Below the pieces are notes generated by a model, which had not been told where the DNA came from, did no database searches, and saw only the letters and a program-made list of their open reading frames with translations. From positions 347,011-379,010 of the forward strand of contig NZ_CP046206.1 in the NCBI RefSeq assembly GCF_012570145.1: 32,000 nucleotides of DNA, given 5' to 3'. This DNA is from Enterobacteriaceae endosymbiont of Donacia provostii. GTDB lineage: Bacteria > Pseudomonadota > Gammaproteobacteria > Enterobacterales > Enterobacteriaceae. Below are positions 30,518 to 32,000 of the stretch, piece after piece. The translations under genes and the position numbers were made by a program. The first letter of the stretch is position 1, and each line of letters opens with the position of its first letter.

Positions 30518-31825
30518 TTAATTTACATAATTTTGCATTAAAAATTTTTTTAAAACTAAAAAATTATTCGGTAATTTATAAGATAAATTTGTTTTTTCTA
30601 TACAATTAATTAAAATTTCAGGTAATAATATTTTTTTATGCAAAGTATTATTAATATAATTTTGAAATTTTGCTGGATGAGCTGTTCCAAGAAATATATT
30701 AAAAGTATCTTTTTCTAAAATATATTTTTGTAATACATTAAAACTTACAGCTGTATGTGGTTCTAAAATATATTGATATTGATTGAACATATTTATTGTT
30801 GTTTGCATGGTTTCTAAATCTGTTACAGATTTATATTTTAATAAATTTAAATTCCAATTATTTATTTTAAAAATTTCTTGAATTCTAGACCAATTATTCG
30901 GAATACTTACATCCATTGCATTAGATAATGTATGTATAGTTTTTTTAGGTTCCCAAATTCCTGTTTTTAAATATCTAGGAATTGTATCATTAATATTAGT
31001 TGCTATTATAAATTTATTTATTGGTAAACCCATAATTTTTGCTATTAAACCAGCAGTTAAATTACCAAAATTTCCACTAGGAACTGATATATTTATTTTT
31101 TTTTTTCTTTGACTTATAGGTATTTGATTAAATGCTTCAAAATAATAACATATTTGTGCAATTAATCTACTAATATTTATTGAATTAGCTGAATTTAAAT
31201 TTAAGTTTGTTCGTAATTCTATATCTTCAAAAGATTTTTTAATAAGTTTTTGACAATCATCAAAATTACCTTTAATAGCAATAGTTTTTATATTATTACC
31301 TAATGTACAAAATAATTTTTCTTGTAAAAGAGAAATTTTTTTATATGGATATAATATTACTACTTCAATATCTTTAATATTATAAAATGCATGAGCAACA
31401 GCTGCACCTGTATCTCCAGAAGTAGCAGTTAAAATAACAATTTTCTTTTTTTGTTTTTGATTAAAAAATTTTAGCATTTGTACCATAAAACGTACACCAA
31501 AATCTTTAAAAGCTAAAGTAGGACCATGAAACAATTCTAAACAAGCAATATTATTATCAATAACTTTTAATATTAAAGGAAAATTAAATGCTTGTTGTAT
31601 TTTTTTTCGTAAGATATCTGATCTTATTTCATTTTCTAAAAAATATGAAAGAATATAATGACTTCTATCTATAAAATTTAAATTTAATATATTTTGAACT
31701 GTTTTATTATTTAATTTAGGTAGATATTCTGGAAAGAATAAACCTTTATTAATACCTAATCCTTGTTTTAAAACTTGACTAAAAGTTTTTTTTTCTCTTT
31801 TATCATGAATATTATAGAATTTCAT
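30518..31825 (-). CDS. thrC: Threonine synthase
   Basis: 435-aa ORF with the PLP-Lys motif FHGPTLAFKDFG, TSGDTGAAVAHAF, NSANSINISRLIAQICYYFEA and LGTAHPAKF. It is collinear with E. coli ThrC. Confidence 0.95.
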   Translation of the reverse strand: MKFYNIHDKREKKTFSQVLKQGLGINKGLFFPEYLPKLNNKTVQNILNLNFIDRSHYILSYFLENEIRSDILRKKIQQAFNFPLILKVIDNNIACLELFHGPTLAFKDFGVRFMVQMLKFFNQKQKKKIVILTATSGDTGAAVAHAFYNIKDIEVVILYPYKKISLLQEKLFCTLGNNIKTIAIKGNFDDCQKLIKKSFEDIELRTNLNLNSANSINISRLIAQICYYFEAFNQIPISQRKKKINISVPSGNFGNLTAGLIAKIMGLPINKFIIATNINDTIPRYLKTGIWEPKKTIHTLSNAMDVSIPNNWSRIQEIFKINNWNLNLLKYKSVTDLETMQTTINMFNQYQYILEPHTAVSFNVLQKYILEKDTFNIFLGTAHPAKFQNYINNTLHKKILLPEILINCIEKTNLSYKLPNNFLVLKKFLMQNYVN

Positions 31826-32000
31826 TTGTTCTCCATAATTTTTGTACCTATGTTATTTATTTTACATATATGAACAAAACCTGTTTTATTTTTTAAATAA
31901 TTCTTTTTTAACCAATTAACCATATTATATGCAATATTTAAATTATTAAAAATACTAAATATCGTAGGTCCTGATCCTGAAATACCATAACTTAAAGCAC
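31822..32000 (-). CDS. thrB: Homoserine kinase, 3' fragment (5' end lies outside the window)
   Basis: This ORF is not in the supplied track. My translation of the minus strand gives ...ALSYGISGSGPTIFSIFNNLNIAYNMVNWLKKNYLKNKTGFVHICKINNIGTKIMENK*. This matches the E. coli ThrB C-terminus (GSGPTLFAL...WL.KNYLQNQEGFVHICRLD..GA.VLEN). Its TGA stop overlaps the thrC ATG (ATGA). Confidence 0.85.
   Translation of the reverse strand, partial: ALSYGISGSGPTIFSIFNNLNIAYNMVNWLKKNYLKNKTGFVHICKINNIGTKIMENK

Overview
This window is extremely A+T-rich (by eye about 80% A+T outside the rRNA gene), gene-dense and Lys/Ile/Asn-biased. That is typical of a highly reduced, Enterobacterales-derived obligate (insect) endosymbiont genome of the Buchnera/Blochmannia/Wigglesworthia type; the exact taxon cannot be determined without a database search. 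From low to high coordinate it contains: a complete 16S rRNA (-), murI (-), a stand-alone iscS (+), pykF (-), a complete sufABCDSE operon (-), murJ (-), ribA (+), sbcB (-), tRNA-Ser(GGA) (+), the DedA-family gene yohD (+), a complete 13-gene nuoA-N complex I operon with fused nuoCD (-), thrC and the 3' end of thrB (-). Every ORF is about full length compared with the E. coli orthologues as I recall them. I see no pseudogenes, mobile elements, CRISPR arrays, defence, toxin-antitoxin or secretion genes, and no unexplained ORF, so I find no evidence for a novel biological system here. It is an ordinary core-metabolism region of a reduced genome. The observations worth a second look are modest. 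(1) Long perfect A/T-only palindromes or hairpins sit exactly at several transcript ends, one spanning both stop codons of a convergent gene pair. (2) iscS is orphaned from the isc operon and shortened at its C-terminus, next to a complete suf operon. (3) A 30-nt thrC-nuoA junction implies a roughly 16-kb co-directional thrBC-nuoA-N array. (4) The pykF-suf neighbourhood is E. coli-like, with lpp and ldtE deleted and pykF inverted. (5) The rrs leader has a near-consensus promoter and a boxA-like core. (6) A read-through extension of nuoE overlaps nuoF by 53 nt. (7) At least 19 in-frame sense poly(A) runs of 10 nt or more occur in essential genes.
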